A stretch of DNA of 64,000 bases from an uncultured Phycisphaerales bacterium. GTDB lineage: Bacteria > Planctomycetota > Phycisphaerae > Tepidisphaerales > Tepidisphaeraceae. The notes below the pieces were generated by a model. It did not search any database. It saw nothing but the letters and a program-made list of their open reading frames with translations, and was not told where the DNA came from. A program made the position numbers and the translations under genes. Location: the NCBI GenBank assembly GCA_963844715.1, contig CAWJPJ010000005.1:192001-256000 (forward strand), given 5' to 3'. Of this stretch, positions 10,079 through 22,604 are shown one piece after another; position 1 is the first letter of the stretch; each line of letters opens with the position of its first letter.

Positions 10079-13000
10079 ATGGTAGTTGAATTTGGAAAAT
10101 TCGGGACGCGAGCCGGATCGGCGCGGAAAGCCCGATCGTGGATGGCGCTGTCGCTTGCGGCGGCGGCGGGGATCGCGGGAGCGAGCGTAGCGTATGGCGG
10201 AAACGTCGCGGTGAGTCGAGTTGTTTCGGGGTCGGCGACGTTTCAGCAGGCGGGGGCGGATACGATTATTCATGCGGCGAACAAGACGATCATCGATTAC
10301 ACGCAGTTCAACGTGGCGGCGGGGACGAAGGTGCAATTCATTCAGCCGGGGGCGACGAGCTGGGTGCTGAATCGGATTGTGACGGCATCGCCGTCGCAGA
10401 TCGACGGGACGCTGACGGCCAATGGGATCATCTATCTCGTGAATCCGGCGGGGGTGATGTTCGGCAAGAATTCCGTCATTAATGTGGGGCAGTTTTATGC
10501 GGCGGCGGCGCATATGTCGGATCAGGATGCGCTGGCGGGATTGAATCACTTTACGGGGGCGTCGGGGTCGGTGATTAACCAGGGAACCATCACAGCGGGT
10601 GACGTTTATCTGGTGGGATTGCATGTGGTGAACGGGGGATCGATTCTGGCGGGATCGGGAACCGTCGCGATGGTCGCGGGGCAGGATGTTTATCTTTCGA
10701 CGAGTTCGAGCGAGCCGGGATTGATGGTGAAGATCGCGGGGGGCGCGAAGCAGAGTTCATTGGCATCGGGCGTGGGGGTGGAAAACGACGGGAGTATCGC
10801 GGCGCAGGTTGCGGATATGTCGGCGGGGGATTTGTATTCGGTGGCGATTCGACACACGGGAGAAACCAGGGCCGCGAATATCACGCTCAGCGCCGAAGGA
10901 GCGGTCGATGTTTCGGGGACGCTCGATGCGTCGAACGCATCTGGGACGGGCGGGACGATCAAGGTGCTGGGCACTGATGTGGCCGTGAGCGGGGCGAAGA
11001 TTGAAGCGAACGGGAGCACCGGAGGCGGAACGATCTGGATCGGGGGCGGGCCGCACGGCGCCGGCGGGACGCCGACGGCTTTGGTTACGACGGTGGATTC
11101 GTCGTCGGCGATTGATGCCAATGCGCTCGCGGGCGGCGACGGGGGGACGGTGGTGGTGTGGTCGGAGGATCAAACGGTTTTTGACGGGTCGATTTCGATC
11201 CGCGGCGGAGAGAATTGGGGCAACGGCGGGTGGGCGGAAGTTTCCAGCGCGGATGTGCTCGGATTTGCCGGGCATGTCGATGCGGGGGCGCCGGATGGAT
11301 CTTTCGGGACGCTGCTCCTGGATCCGCACACGATCACGGTTGCCAGCGGAGGGGGCGCGTCACTGACCGATGTAAGCAGTTTCAGCAACACGGCCGACGA
11401 AACGATCGACGCGGGGACGATCGACGCGGCGGGGGCGAACGTCGTTCTGCAAGCCAATACCGATATCAATGTCAATCAGGCGATCAATATCACGACGTCG
11501 GGTGTGAGCCTGACGATGCAGGCGGGGCGCAGCATCGTGTTTGCGCCGGGGATAAGCGTGACCACCAATAACGGAGACGTGACGCTCAGCGCGAACGACA
11601 ACACCGCGACGGCTTCGGATCGAGACGCCGGGGTGGCGGTGATCACGATGGATGGTTCGAATACGATCAACGCCGGCAGCGGGGAGATCACGCTGACAAT
11701 CGGAACGCTGGGGCCGTCGGGGTCGCTGGCTGCGGGGAATCTTGTGACGACGGGAGATGTCACGCTGACGAACGCGGTGGGCGACGTGGATGTGGTCGGG
11801 ACCGTCAACGGGGGGACGTTTACCAGCTCGGGGAATAATTTCTTCAACTTTGGCGGGCCGATCACGACGAGCGGGGATATCAACATAAATCAGACCGGCG
11901 TGATCACCGTGGGGGCGGCGCTGAACGCTCAGGATGTGACGCTCACTTCGGCCAACGCGAATATTGTCATGGACCTGGAGTCGACGACGGCGAATCCGGC
12001 GGTTACGACTTCGGGGAATCAGTCCTATAGCAGCCCGGTGATTCTCGCGGCGGATACCGCGCTGAACAGCACCGGGGGCGGGACCATCGATTTCAATTCC
12101 ACCGTTGATGGTGCTTTTGGATTGACCGTCAACACGGGCGGGACGGCGGAGTTCGATAATCAGGTCGGGAGTGCAACGCCGATCACGAGCCTGGTGATCG
12201 ACGATCCGGCGTCGGGGGTGTCGGGCGGGAATATCAATATCAACGCGACGGGGACAACTGCTAGTCCCTCGATCGTTACAACGGCAGGGCAGACTTACAA
12301 CGCGCCGATCATCATCAATGAAGACACGACGCTGACGGATACGAACGGCGGGGACATCACGTTCAATTCCACCGTGGATGGCGGATTTGCCCTGACGATC
12401 AATACGGCGGGGACGACGACGTTCACGAATCAGGTGGGGCAGAATATTCAGATCACGACCCTGACGATCGACGACACGACTTCGGGGATCATCGGGGGGC
12501 CGGTGGATTGCGAATTCGACGGGGTCGCGACTCATCCCACGATTCTGACGGACATGGGGCAGGTCTATAACAGCCCGATCATCCTCAAGAATGAGACGGC
12601 GTTCGACGACGTGGGAAACGGGAATATCACGTTCAATTCGACCATCGACGGGGCGTTTGACCTGACGCTGAATACGACGGGGATCATGACGTTCAATGCG
12701 CGGGTCGGCGCGACGACGCCGGTGACGAGCATGACCACGGACGATCCGGCGACGCTGATTTCCGGGGGGACGATGGTGTTCAATGTTGCGGGCACCTCGG
12801 CGAGCCCCTCGCTGGTCACCTCGGGCGGCGGGCAGACTTACAACACGGCCGTTTTTCTTGAGGCAGATACCGTATTGACGGACACCGGGGGCGGAGCGAT
12901 CGCGTTTGAGGGGACCGTCGATGGAGCCGTCGCGCTGACGGTAAACACCGCGGGCAACACCACATTCGGCGACGTGGTGGGAAATAATTCGCCGCTGGCG

Positions 13001-15496
13001 AGTCTGATGATCGACGATCCGGCGTCGGGGATCACCGGGGGAACCACGACGTTTGCCGCCTCGGATTCCTCGTCTTCAACGCCGGCCGTGGCGACGGTGG
13101 GGACGCAGACGTACAACACTCCGGTTATACTGTCTGCGGATACGGATCTGGCGACAAACGGGGCGGATGTATTTTTCAATTCGACAATCGACGGCGACGG
13201 GAACGGGCCGTGGAATTTCTCGATCGATACCTCAACGTCGACGGGGAATTCGGGGAACATTCACTTTGGAAACGGGGGCCCGGATTACCTCGGATCGACG
13301 AACGAACTGGGCTCGCTGACGACGACGGCGAATACCTCCGATACATCCGGGTTGGAGGGAGAGACGATATTCGACATTTCTGGCAGCGGGCCGGGGCAGC
13401 CGGCGGTTCGGACGTCGGGCGGTCAGACGTACAACAATCCCGTTGAACTGATGGCGGATACGCTTCTGGCGGATGACGGGGGCGGGTCGATCGGATTTTT
13501 CGCTCCGATTGACGGGGATGGGAACGGGCCGTGGAATCTGTACATCGATACCTCGGCGTCGGCGGCGGGAAATATTGTGTTTGGAGACAACAGCGAGGCC
13601 TACGTGGGGGCGGCTAACGTGCTGAAGAGCTTGACGACGACGGCGACATCCTCGGGCGGCGGCGCGGACGGCGCGACTTTCTTCCAGGATAGCGACGAGA
13701 ATTTCGCGAGCGTGACGACGACGGAGGGGCAGACATACAACAATCCGGTAAGTTTGTCCGAAGGAGCGGTTCTCGTGGCGACGGGAGATGCGAGCGGGCC
13801 GGGCTTCATCACTTTTAACAATACCATCGACGGGACCAACGATCTGATCTTGAGCACTACCTACACGTTCACGGGTACCGGGGCACTGCCAAACGCTAAC
13901 GGAGGGACCATTACGTTCGGAAACGGAGGGGCGGATTACGTCGGCGGGACAGTGGCGATCGCGTCGCTGACCTGCCAGGCGAATCCGGTCGGGACAGGGT
14001 CGCCGGGAAATACGGTGTTCGACATTGTCGGAACGACGAGCCCGTCGATTACCGCGACGACCAACCTGTCTTTTGCCAGCCCGATCGTGCTGGAGACGGA
14101 TACGAAGATGAGCAGTACGGGGGGGAACATCAATTTTGCCGCGCCGGTGACGGGGGCGTTCAATCTGGATCTGGACACGACTCCGGGAGGACAGGGGATT
14201 CTGATGGGGGCGTCGATAAATGTGAGCAGTTTGACGGCTACAGCGGGGACCAGCATTCTGGTCTCGGACGTAACGACGACGGGGAACATCGTTCTGTCGC
14301 CGAACAGCGGAATTACCGTGGGGCCGGAGGGCCCCGGGGACAATCGGCCGGACGGGGTACTGGTGATGGAGGGGAATCTGACCAGCACGGACGGAGACGT
14401 CGAGCTATCGCCGGCTGGGCGGACCGAGGTGCCGTCGGTGGCGACGATCGCGGACGATCCGACGACGGGGAATAGCGCGACGATCGACGCGTTGGGATTG
14501 ACGATGGGCCCGCTGGAAAAGCTGACGGTGCTGGGCAATCTGACGATCAACGTTGGCTCGGGGACGGCGCTGCTGGGAGACATCAACACGGGGGGAAGCC
14601 TGAGCGTGACGGCGGGGCAGACGGTGTTCCAGCTTCGGCCCGCCGGGGAAATTCTGACTTCATCGGATACGCTGGTCAGCGAAGGGAATACGAATCCGCC
14701 GGGCGGGACGGACGTGGTGGTGTTGGGTCCGAACCTGACCTTTAACACGCCGGCGATTACGACGACTGGCAGCGGGACGCCGGTGCGATTTGCGACCACG
14801 ACGGGCAAGGGAAACGTTCCCGGTCAGCAGGTGCTGTTCTACTCGTTGTCTTTCGGGGCGGCGCTGAAGGATGCGGCGAACACGCCGCTGGATTTGCAGG
14901 CGCGATCCTTCACAATCGAGACGATCGCGTCATCGCTGCCCGTGCGCGGGCCGTCGGTTTATCGCGAGACGCGCGGATACGGGCCGAGCGAGACGATGGA
15001 CGTAGGCGTGGCGTGGGATCTGTTCCTGGGGACGTCGCTGGATCAGGCCGGGCCGCTGCGCGGCGACGACGCGATTTTCGTGCACACGCTTCAGGCGATA
15101 TACTGCCGCGAGGTGGGGCTGACCGGCGGAGGCGAGCCGATCTATTCGACCCAGATCGATCAGACAAAACTGGACGGCATCCACCGGGATTTGAGCGAGG
15201 CTCTGGACGATTACCGTTTAACCCAGCGAACGCAGGGGCTGGAGCCGACATTTTTCGAGTCTTATCTCGAGCATTCGAAATTGCCGGCCTCGGTTCGGAC
15301 TTATGATCGGTTTAGACAACTGAATTCGTTGCTTGAAATGGTTTCGAATTCAGATCTTTCGGACGAGGTCCAGGATCGGATTCGGCAGGCGATCGTGGAC
15401 CCGCTGCGGCCGGACAATGTCACCTACACGGATGTGATGCAGACGATTTTGGCGATCGGGCGGCCGCACGAATATCACCAGAGCTACGAGCCGTAG
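10079..15496 (+). CDS. TpsA filamentous-haemagglutinin-family exoprotein (1805 aa)
   Basis: Signal peptide and TPS domain 'IIDYTQFNV...VQFIQPG...VLNRI...SQIDGTLTANGIIYLVNPAGVMFG', 'GGWAEVSS', 'GTLLLDP', then Thr/Gly/Asn-rich repeats. Directly after TpsB. Confidence 0.92.
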   Translation: MVVEFGKFGTRAGSARKARSWMALSLAAAAGIAGASVAYGGNVAVSRVVSGSATFQQAGADTIIHAANKTIIDYTQFNVAAGTKVQFIQPGATSWVLNRIVTASPSQIDGTLTANGIIYLVNPAGVMFGKNSVINVGQFYAAAAHMSDQDALAGLNHFTGASGSVINQGTITAGDVYLVGLHVVNGGSILAGSGTVAMVAGQDVYLSTSSSEPGLMVKIAGGAKQSSLASGVGVENDGSIAAQVADMSAGDLYSVAIRHTGETRAANITLSAEGAVDVSGTLDASNASGTGGTIKVLGTDVAVSGAKIEANGSTGGGTIWIGGGPHGAGGTPTALVTTVDSSSAIDANALAGGDGGTVVVWSEDQTVFDGSISIRGGENWGNGGWAEVSSADVLGFAGHVDAGAPDGSFGTLLLDPHTITVASGGGASLTDVSSFSNTADETIDAGTIDAAGANVVLQANTDINVNQAINITTSGVSLTMQAGRSIVFAPGISVTTNNGDVTLSANDNTATASDRDAGVAVITMDGSNTINAGSGEITLTIGTLGPSGSLAAGNLVTTGDVTLTNAVGDVDVVGTVNGGTFTSSGNNFFNFGGPITTSGDININQTGVITVGAALNAQDVTLTSANANIVMDLESTTANPAVTTSGNQSYSSPVILAADTALNSTGGGTIDFNSTVDGAFGLTVNTGGTAEFDNQVGSATPITSLVIDDPASGVSGGNININATGTTASPSIVTTAGQTYNAPIIINEDTTLTDTNGGDITFNSTVDGGFALTINTAGTTTFTNQVGQNIQITTLTIDDTTSGIIGGPVDCEFDGVATHPTILTDMGQVYNSPIILKNETAFDDVGNGNITFNSTIDGAFDLTLNTTGIMTFNARVGATTPVTSMTTDDPATLISGGTMVFNVAGTSASPSLVTSGGGQTYNTAVFLEADTVLTDTGGGAIAFEGTVDGAVALTVNTAGNTTFGDVVGNNSPLASLMIDDPASGITGGTTTFAASDSSSSTPAVATVGTQTYNTPVILSADTDLATNGADVFFNSTIDGDGNGPWNFSIDTSTSTGNSGNIHFGNGGPDYLGSTNELGSLTTTANTSDTSGLEGETIFDISGSGPGQPAVRTSGGQTYNNPVELMADTLLADDGGGSIGFFAPIDGDGNGPWNLYIDTSASAAGNIVFGDNSEAYVGAANVLKSLTTTATSSGGGADGATFFQDSDENFASVTTTEGQTYNNPVSLSEGAVLVATGDASGPGFITFNNTIDGTNDLILSTTYTFTGTGALPNANGGTITFGNGGADYVGGTVAIASLTCQANPVGTGSPGNTVFDIVGTTSPSITATTNLSFASPIVLETDTKMSSTGGNINFAAPVTGAFNLDLDTTPGGQGILMGASINVSSLTATAGTSILVSDVTTTGNIVLSPNSGITVGPEGPGDNRPDGVLVMEGNLTSTDGDVELSPAGRTEVPSVATIADDPTTGNSATIDALGLTMGPLEKLTVLGNLTINVGSGTALLGDINTGGSLSVTAGQTVFQLRPAGEILTSSDTLVSEGNTNPPGGTDVVVLGPNLTFNTPAITTTGSGTPVRFATTTGKGNVPGQQVLFYSLSFGAALKDAANTPLDLQARSFTIETIASSLPVRGPSVYRETRGYGPSETMDVGVAWDLFLGTSLDQAGPLRGDDAIFVHTLQAIYCREVGLTGGGEPIYSTQIDQTKLDGIHRDLSEALDDYRLTQRTQGLEPTFFESYLEHSKLPASVRTYDRFRQLNSLLEMVSNSDLSDEVQDRIRQAIVDPLRPDNVTYTDVMQTILAIGRPHEYHQSYEP

Positions 15497-15543
15497 GGCG
15501 GGTCGGGCTTTCGCGGTGTGGGGGAAGCGCGCATAATCTGTGC

Positions 15544-16014
15544 ATGGCTAATCTCGGGGGTTGGTTTCGATCGATTCGGCCCTGGGTTCTGTCATTGGCG
15601 GTTACGGCGACGCTCGGGTTAAGCATTTGGTCGGATTATCAAGAGCGATTTGTCTCCGGGGCGGTGGACAATTCGGTCGCGCGGTACGCCGGGTTCGACG
15701 CGCAGATGGGGAGGGCGACTCAAGGGGACGGGGTGTTTCTTCATTTCGTAAATTTTCCGCCGGAATTGTCGTGGGTGGCGCTCGATTTCTATAGCCGGGC
15801 GGTTTACGCGCTGTATCCGCGGCGGGTCCTGGTTGCCGATCCGGGGACGCCGATTTTTGATTTTGATCAGTTGCGGGCCCGCAATTTGGATCCGGACGCG
15901 GCATGGCTGGCGCGGAACGGGACACCCGTGGAAGTGAGCTATTCAATCGATCCGGAGACGGGGGGTCTGGCGTGGACGGCGCAGCGGGTTTCGGGCGGGA
16001 TGGCGGGCAAGTAA
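15544..16014 (+). CDS. Hypothetical membrane-anchored protein
   Basis: N-terminal TM and 'YSRAVYALYPRRV'. 4 nt from the next gene. Confidence 0.7.
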   Translation: MANLGGWFRSIRPWVLSLAVTATLGLSIWSDYQERFVSGAVDNSVARYAGFDAQMGRATQGDGVFLHFVNFPPELSWVALDFYSRAVYALYPRRVLVADPGTPIFDFDQLRARNLDPDAAWLARNGTPVEVSYSIDPETGGLAWTAQRVSGGMAGK

Positions 16015-16018
16015 CGCA

Positions 16019-17417
16019 ATGTGGAGCTTGATCTACTGCATCTGTCTTCTGGTGATGGGGCTTGGGGCGGTGGCGGCATTGATGCCTCCCGATCCTGAGG
16101 AATCACCGCTGTTGCGGATCGGGCTGGGGATGAGCCTGGGGCCGGGGATCGGGGGGCTGGGGTTGATCGGGTTTTCGATGCTCGGGCGCTTGCCGTCGGC
16201 GGTGCTGATTTTCTTCCTGACGGCTCCCTTTGCGATTTTGCTTTGCGTGTACAGGTCGCGATTTTTCCGGCGGGGGAAAATTTCGTGGGGTTGGATCAAG
16301 GGGCGGTTCGGGTGGTTGAATATCATTTGTTTGGTTGCGATCGCGTATGGAGTCGGGGTGTCGATTCATTATGCGGTTGCGGATGGGGTGATCATGGGGG
16401 ACGCGTTTGCCATCTGGATGCTCAAGGCGAAGGTACTTGCGACGCAGGCGCTGTATCCGCGCCCGGATTATTTTACCGATGTTTCGCTGTCGTTCAGCCA
16501 TCTGCGATATCCGATTCTGGTTCCGATGATCGGCGCGGGGGTGCACGCGATGAGCGGGCGGCTGGAGGGGGATTTGGTGAGTGCACCATTTTTGCTCAGC
16601 TACTTTGGGCTGGTGATGGCGGTGTTTGGGGCGGTGCGATCGTGGGGGAATTGGACGAGCGGGCTGGCGGCGGCGGCGATGTTCATGACGACGCCGCTGG
16701 CGCTGTGCGCAGGCGGGCAATGGGATGGCGGACATGACGCTGACGGCGTTTTTCGGCTGCAGCCTGATCTCGATATTGAGATGGAGAAAATTGCGCCGGG
16801 TCGGCGATCTCATTCTGGCCATGATTTTTACGGGGTGCATGGCTTGGACGAAGAACGAGGGGGCGGCGATGGCGGCGGTGAATATTCTGCTGGTGCTGAT
16901 ATTCGTGCCGACGCCCCGGCGATTGAGGGCGCTGGCGTTTGGGGTGGGGGTGATTTTGATGTATTTGCCGTGGTATTTTTACGCTCGGCATTTGCCGCGC
17001 ACGGATGAGGATTACACGTCGCATTTGACCCTCGGGCAGTTGGCCGGGAATGTCCATCGGCTGGGTTATATTGTTGCGCAATTCGGGTGGAATCTGATCG
17101 ATCCGCATGCGTGGGGGATATTCTGGTTCCTTCCGGTCGCGGCGTTCATTTTCAAACCGCGCGGTGCGCGCGGGACTTTGTTTCTTTGGGTCGCTCTGCT
17201 ACTTCAAATTTTGATTTACATTCCGCCTTACATGGTTGCGCCGGGGGATCTGGCGCATTTGATGCGGTATTCGCTTGGCCGGCTGCTTTTGCATGCGACG
17301 CCGGCGGCGGCGCTGATTGTGGGACTCCAGTTTGCGGATTGCGGAGTCGGGAAACTATCCGGTGCAACGGGTTGCACCGGCTTCGCGGGAACTGGGGACG
17401 CGCGAAGTTCACGTTAA
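16019..17417 (+). CDS. GT-C-fold (PMT/ArnT-like) membrane glycosyltransferase candidate, frameshifted near 16710
   Basis: Multi-TM protein with 'DAFAIWMLKAK', 'HLRYPILVP', 'MADM', 'WTKNEG' motifs. Confidence 0.65.
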
Positions 17418-17424
17418 TTCCAGA

Positions 17425-20400
17425 TTACTTGCCGGCGATGACGGTGATGAGGACGCGACCGCTGGGGGTGGCGGCGGGGGTGTATTGGGGGGCGACGACG
17501 CGGACGCGCTGGGAATAGGAGGAGAGGCTGCGTTGAAAGTAGCCGTCGACTACGTCGAGCCGGCGCTGGGCGATGTCCATGGCGGCGCCGCGGGTGCGGC
17601 GGCCGGCGAGCCGGGAGGAGCCAGGGCGCAACAGGTCGTAGAGTTCGTTGCAGGCGTTTTCCACGTCGGCTAACTGGCGCTCTATCTGGCGCAATTGGGC
17701 GATGGACTGATCGACATCGGCGGTCGAGACGGCGGCGAGTTGCCCGCGCAAAAGTCCGGCGAGTCTGGCCCGTTCGATGAACAAATCGGTTCGGCTGCTG
17801 GCGGAGTTGCTCGATCATGGCCATGGCGTCGGCCTCGTCCGGGTTGGCGCTGGGAGGCGAGCTGGATGTCATGAGTTCCGAGTTCCTGGCGGATGGTGAA
17901 TTGGAGATCGGGATTTCGGTGGGCGAGGAGGAGGAAACTCTGCACGAGGGTCAGGCCGGCGGAGTCCAGATCGGCCGAGCCCGGGGCGAAATCGACTTCA
18001 TAAGTTTCAGTATGCGGGGCGCCCTTCTGGCCGCCGATGCCGAAGATTCCGAGCGCGCCGCCGGCGAGCTTGAGGGGGGCGGAGGCGACGGCGGTGGCGA
18101 CGATCGGGCCGGTGGCGCCGATGGCGCCGGCGACGATGGCAGATTGGGAAATTTGTCCATTTTTTATTGTGAAGCTGATCGGGATGGTGATGGAACCATC
18201 GGGGGCCTGGAGGGCGAAGATGACGGTGTCGAGGGGGGCGGGCAATTTCAGGAATTTGGAGATCGCGCCGTTGGAGCCGTCGGAAATCTGAAGGTCGGTG
18301 AAGACGAATTTGCAATCGGTGTCGATGGAATCGGAGCCGTGGGGGCGGAGATCTACGTCCGCGTCGAAAACCCCGCCGCGAAGTTGAGCGCCGAATTCGG
18401 CGGCGACGCCCTGAAGGGCCGCGAGTTCGAGCCCGTTGAGGGCGAGCTTGATATAGCCGTCGGGCTGGGGATAGAGGGAGAACCTCCCGGAGGCGAGGGC
18501 CTGGGAGAAGAGGGTTCGCTGTTCGATGGGGCGCGTCGTGGGGCTTTTCGGCGAATAGATGGGGACTTTTCCGGCGGAGAGGAGAGCGGAGAATCGGATG
18601 ACTTTGGGTTCGGTGAAGGCTCGAGTCGTGAGGTCTCTAACCTCGACGTCTAGGCCGGTCAGCGGGGCAACGAATGGGGGTTGGGCGAGACGATCTTCTA
18701 TACGGACATCGAGGCCGCCGACGAGGAGATTGTCGATGCGTAATTCTCCGGATGGAGGCGGAGGCGCGGAGGCGATGGGCGCGGGCGGATCGGCCGCCGC
18801 GGCGGTGGCGGGGGCGCGAGCCGGGGGTTTTTTTTGCGGTGTTTTTGGCGCGGGAGTTTTGGGAGGAGCGCCTACTCGCGCGGGGCGAATGGCGAAGCCG
18901 CAGACGTGCACGCCGCCGGCGTCGCGGTAAATATAGGCTTGCGGGGTCTGAATCGTGACGGTTTTGAAGAGGGTGACGCCGGTGGTAGGGCGGATAAGTC
19001 CGTCCTGGAGATAGATTCCGGAAAGACCGGCCAGAACAGGGCCGTTGGGGGAATCACGCATGTCGATGCTGCGGACGTATCCGTTGACTTTGATTCCGCG
19101 CGAGACGTTGAAATCGGTGGGTCCACGGCGGGTGAAATCGAGAGTCAGTTTACTGGAGGCGGCGATGCGCCCGTCCGTCATTCCGGAGCCGTCGAGCATC
19201 GAGCTGAGTTGGGGAGCGATGTCGGTGACGCCTTGGCCGCGAATTCCGGTGACGGCTAAATCGGCGGTCAATACGGGTTGCTGCTGGAGGGGCGTGGCGG
19301 TGAAGTTGACGGTGAATTGTCCGACGACGGGGGTGACGGCGCCGGTTAGTTGCAGGGCAATAGGAGTCGAGTAGGGGGTTGCGCCGCCGAGGTCGATGAG
19401 CTGGGGATTGTGTAGGCGGATGTGCTCCAGGGCGAGGGGGACGGCGTTGGGCTGTGCGAGGTTGCGCATGGCGATGCGATCGAGATTGATGTCGAAATTC
19501 TGGATGGTGATGTGGGGGACGGTTTGGCCGGGTTTGGCGATGAGCTTGGCGAGATCGGCGGGCGCGGTGGCGGGCCGCCGAGTGGGGCGAGCGACGGGCT
19601 GGGTCGTTGGTGGATTCTGGCCCGGGGTGTTGCCGAGGGTGAGGCCCATGGAGTGCAGATTTCCATCCGTGTCGAGTTGGGCTTCGGTTTTGAGACCATC
19701 GAGCGAGATCTGGTCGATGGCGATGACCCCGCCGCGAGGATCGAATCTTGAGGCGATGAATTTGGCGCTGGTGATGGAGAAGATGGGCGCGCCGCCGGGA
19801 CCGTCGCGCCAGTCAAGATCGTGGAGGTTTATATTGACGGAGCGACCGCCGGCGGGGTTCACGGGGGCTTCGGCTTCGAGAGCGACTTTGAGTTGGCCGG
19901 CCAGGAGAGCCCATTTGTCGCCGCTGGGGAGGTAGGCGGGGATGATTCCGCCGCGCAGACCGCTGGCGGTCAGTTGAGCGGTGAGGCGCGGATGGTCGGG
20001 ATGAGCGTCGAGGGTCCCGAAGATGGAGAAATCGTCCAGAGTGCCGTCGATTTTGGTTTTGATTTGGTACGTGGCGGCGGGGGCGGAGAGGTCGCGCTTC
20101 ATTCCCTGCAACTGGACGTCAGTTTGGATGACTGCACTGACGGGTTTGGGGGTGGCCAGATCGTTCCACAGGATTTTGGCGTTGGTGACACGGAAATCGC
20201 CGAGGCCGATAGCCTGGGGGAAATTGAAATTTCCGGAGGAGGGTTGGGGTTGGTCGCTGGGGATGATGCGGATTCCGGCGATGCGCAGAATACGATCGGC
20301 GTCGCGCCCGGCGGAGATGCGCGGGTTGGCGATGGCCGCGGTGAGAATATCGTCACCGGCGGGATCGACATGGACGCCGGCGATGTGGATGGAATCGAGG

Positions 20401-22604
20401 CCGGCGAGTTCCGTGGACCCATCGCGGAGGGAGACGTTTTGGATATCGACCGAAGCCGTGGCGGGGGAATTGTTGCGGGAGACTTGGGCGGAGGCGTCGA
20501 GTTGGAAGGAGCCGTTCTGGATGGTGGGCTCGAAGCCGATGGTGCGGCCGAGGGGGGCGAGGTCGGTCAATTGCATTCCCCGGCCGCGGACGGAGAGATC
20601 GGCGTGGAAGAGATCGCGGGCGGAATGGGTTTTTCCTGTTACGGCCAGGGGACCGAGCCAGGCGCTGATTGTTCCGTCTTCGGCGGGGCCATCGGCGTCG
20701 AGATCGAAGCGGAAATTTTTGATATCGATACCGGCGTTGGTGAGGGTGAGGTCGGCTTTGGGCTGGGAGTATTCGTCGTGAAACGAGATATTGGGATCGT
20801 GCCAGAGGAAGCGGCCGATTTCTATGCGCGGGAGGGCGAAGGAGCCGAGCAAAGTGGAGCTTTCGGTGGACTCTTCGGCGGGGGGCGCGGGGACGGGGGT
20901 CGGAGTCCAACGGAAGTTGGCGACGGTGACTCGGCCATCGGCGTCGCGGCTGATCTGGAGATCGGGGCCGGTAAGTTCGAGGGATTCAATCTTAAAGCGG
21001 CCGGATTGAGAATCGAGACCGGCGCCGCGCAGGGCGAGATTTTTGAATGTGAAGAGGTTGCTGCCGTCGCCGAGAGTGATGGGGCCGCAGGCGGCGTCGG
21101 CGACGAGATCGCCCTGGGTGTCGGTACGCAAGTCGGCGGACATATCGGCGGCGAAATTTCCGTCGGACCAGAGGGATTCGAGATTATTGGCGGCGAGGTA
21201 CGGGCTGATTCCATCGGGGCGAATGTGCTGGGCGCGCATGCTGAGGGTCATGTCGCGCTTGGCGCCATTGGCGACGCCGGAGAAGTTGATGTTGCCGATG
21301 ATTCCGGGGAGGGAGATGGAGCCGGTGATGGGGATGGTGCCGCTCGAGTCATCGGCTTTGGCGCTGAGCTGGGGGATCAGGAAATGGAGTTCGTTCGGGG
21401 GGGAAACGGCGGAATCGCGGAAAGCGAAATCGACGTCGTTGATCGCGAACCAGCGCAAATCCAGGCCGAAGGGGGAAGGACTGGATGAAGACGTAGGGAC
21501 GGAGGCGACGGATGCGGGTTCTGTGGTGGGTCTGGTTGTGGGTGGGGCGGAGCCGACGGCGAAGCCGCCGAATTGGATGCCGGAGGCGGGGTCGCGCGTG
21601 ACGTTGACGCGCACGCCGTCAACTTCCACGGAATTGAGGAGGATTTTTTGCGGGCTGGCGGCGTTGGCGGTGAGGGCGAAATTCGAGACGGAGAAGGAAG
21701 ACTGTTCGTCGGACCAGAGGCCGATGTTATTCAGAGTGAGGGCGAGAGACATGCCGACGTCGGGTTTGGTAGCGGGTTGAATGACTAGGTCGGCATAGAG
21801 GTCGCCTGTGAGATTGGAGCCGACGGGGCGGATGCCCAGGGGCAGGAGATATCCGGCCAGCGGGCGCGGATGCAGGCCGCGCATGGTGAGGGTGGCGGTG
21901 GCGTGGAGGGTTTGCCCGTCGGCGAGGCTCTTGCCGGAGATGCGAAGGAGATCGAGGGCGGGGTCGCTCCAGGAATCGATTTCGAAATAGGTGGGCTGGC
22001 CGCGCATGCCGAAATTGCTGACGCGCAGGTCCATGGCGACGGTGGATTCGAATGGGGGCTGAACGCTTTCGTCCATGACCTTGGCTCTGACGTGGGAGAG
22101 GCGGAACGCTTCGACGGCCAGCGAGGGAGTGAAATCAAGCGAGAGGGGGCTTTGCTGCGCGGCGGGTTGCGCGGTGGGGGCGGGAGTGGAGGAGACGAGA
22201 TGCTCGAGTAGCGGGATGCGCCCGTCGGGGGTGCGGTCGAGCACGATTTCCGAGCCGTCGACTTCGGCGCGGCGGACGTAGAGGCGGCCTTCGAGCAGGG
22301 CGAGGGGGGCAATGTTTCCGCGGATGTAATCGGCGCTGAACAGCGGCGGTCCGCCGGCGGTGGGGGAAATTTTCAGGCCCCAGAGTCCGACGTCGCCGGC
22401 CAGAAGGGTCAGTTCCTGTCGATCGTAGGTCGCGGTGAAGCCGTAGCTCGCGGCGACTTTGGAGAGGACGGGGCCGAGGGCAAAAAAGAGAATGATGCGG
22501 AAGATGACGGCGATGCCGAGAAGGATGTAGACGGTGCGGCGAATGCGCGTGCGCGAGACGGCGCGGCGGGAGGCGGCGGAGTTGGAGGGCGCGGATTCGC
22601 TCAC
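17425..22604 (-). CDS. Large DUF748/AsmA-like envelope protein with C-terminal OmpA-like segment, frameshifts near 17850 and 17790
   Basis: N-terminal TM anchor, repeated beta-rich units ('I.RD.DG.V'), 'FALQAPDGSITIPI', 'VDFAPGSADL'. C-terminus continues in ORFs 17414-17872 and 17425-17784. Confidence 0.7.

Noticed and set aside
10079..16014. Contact-dependent inhibition (CdiBAI) locus
   Set aside because: No VENN/DUF637-type pre-toxin motif, and the downstream small gene is membrane-anchored and coupled to the glycosyltransferase-like gene.
19821..21488. Long antisense ORFs (also 11360-12535, 35366-36604, 49630-50916 and others)
   Set aside because: Shadows of real genes on the opposite strand in high-GC DNA, with no recognisable motifs.
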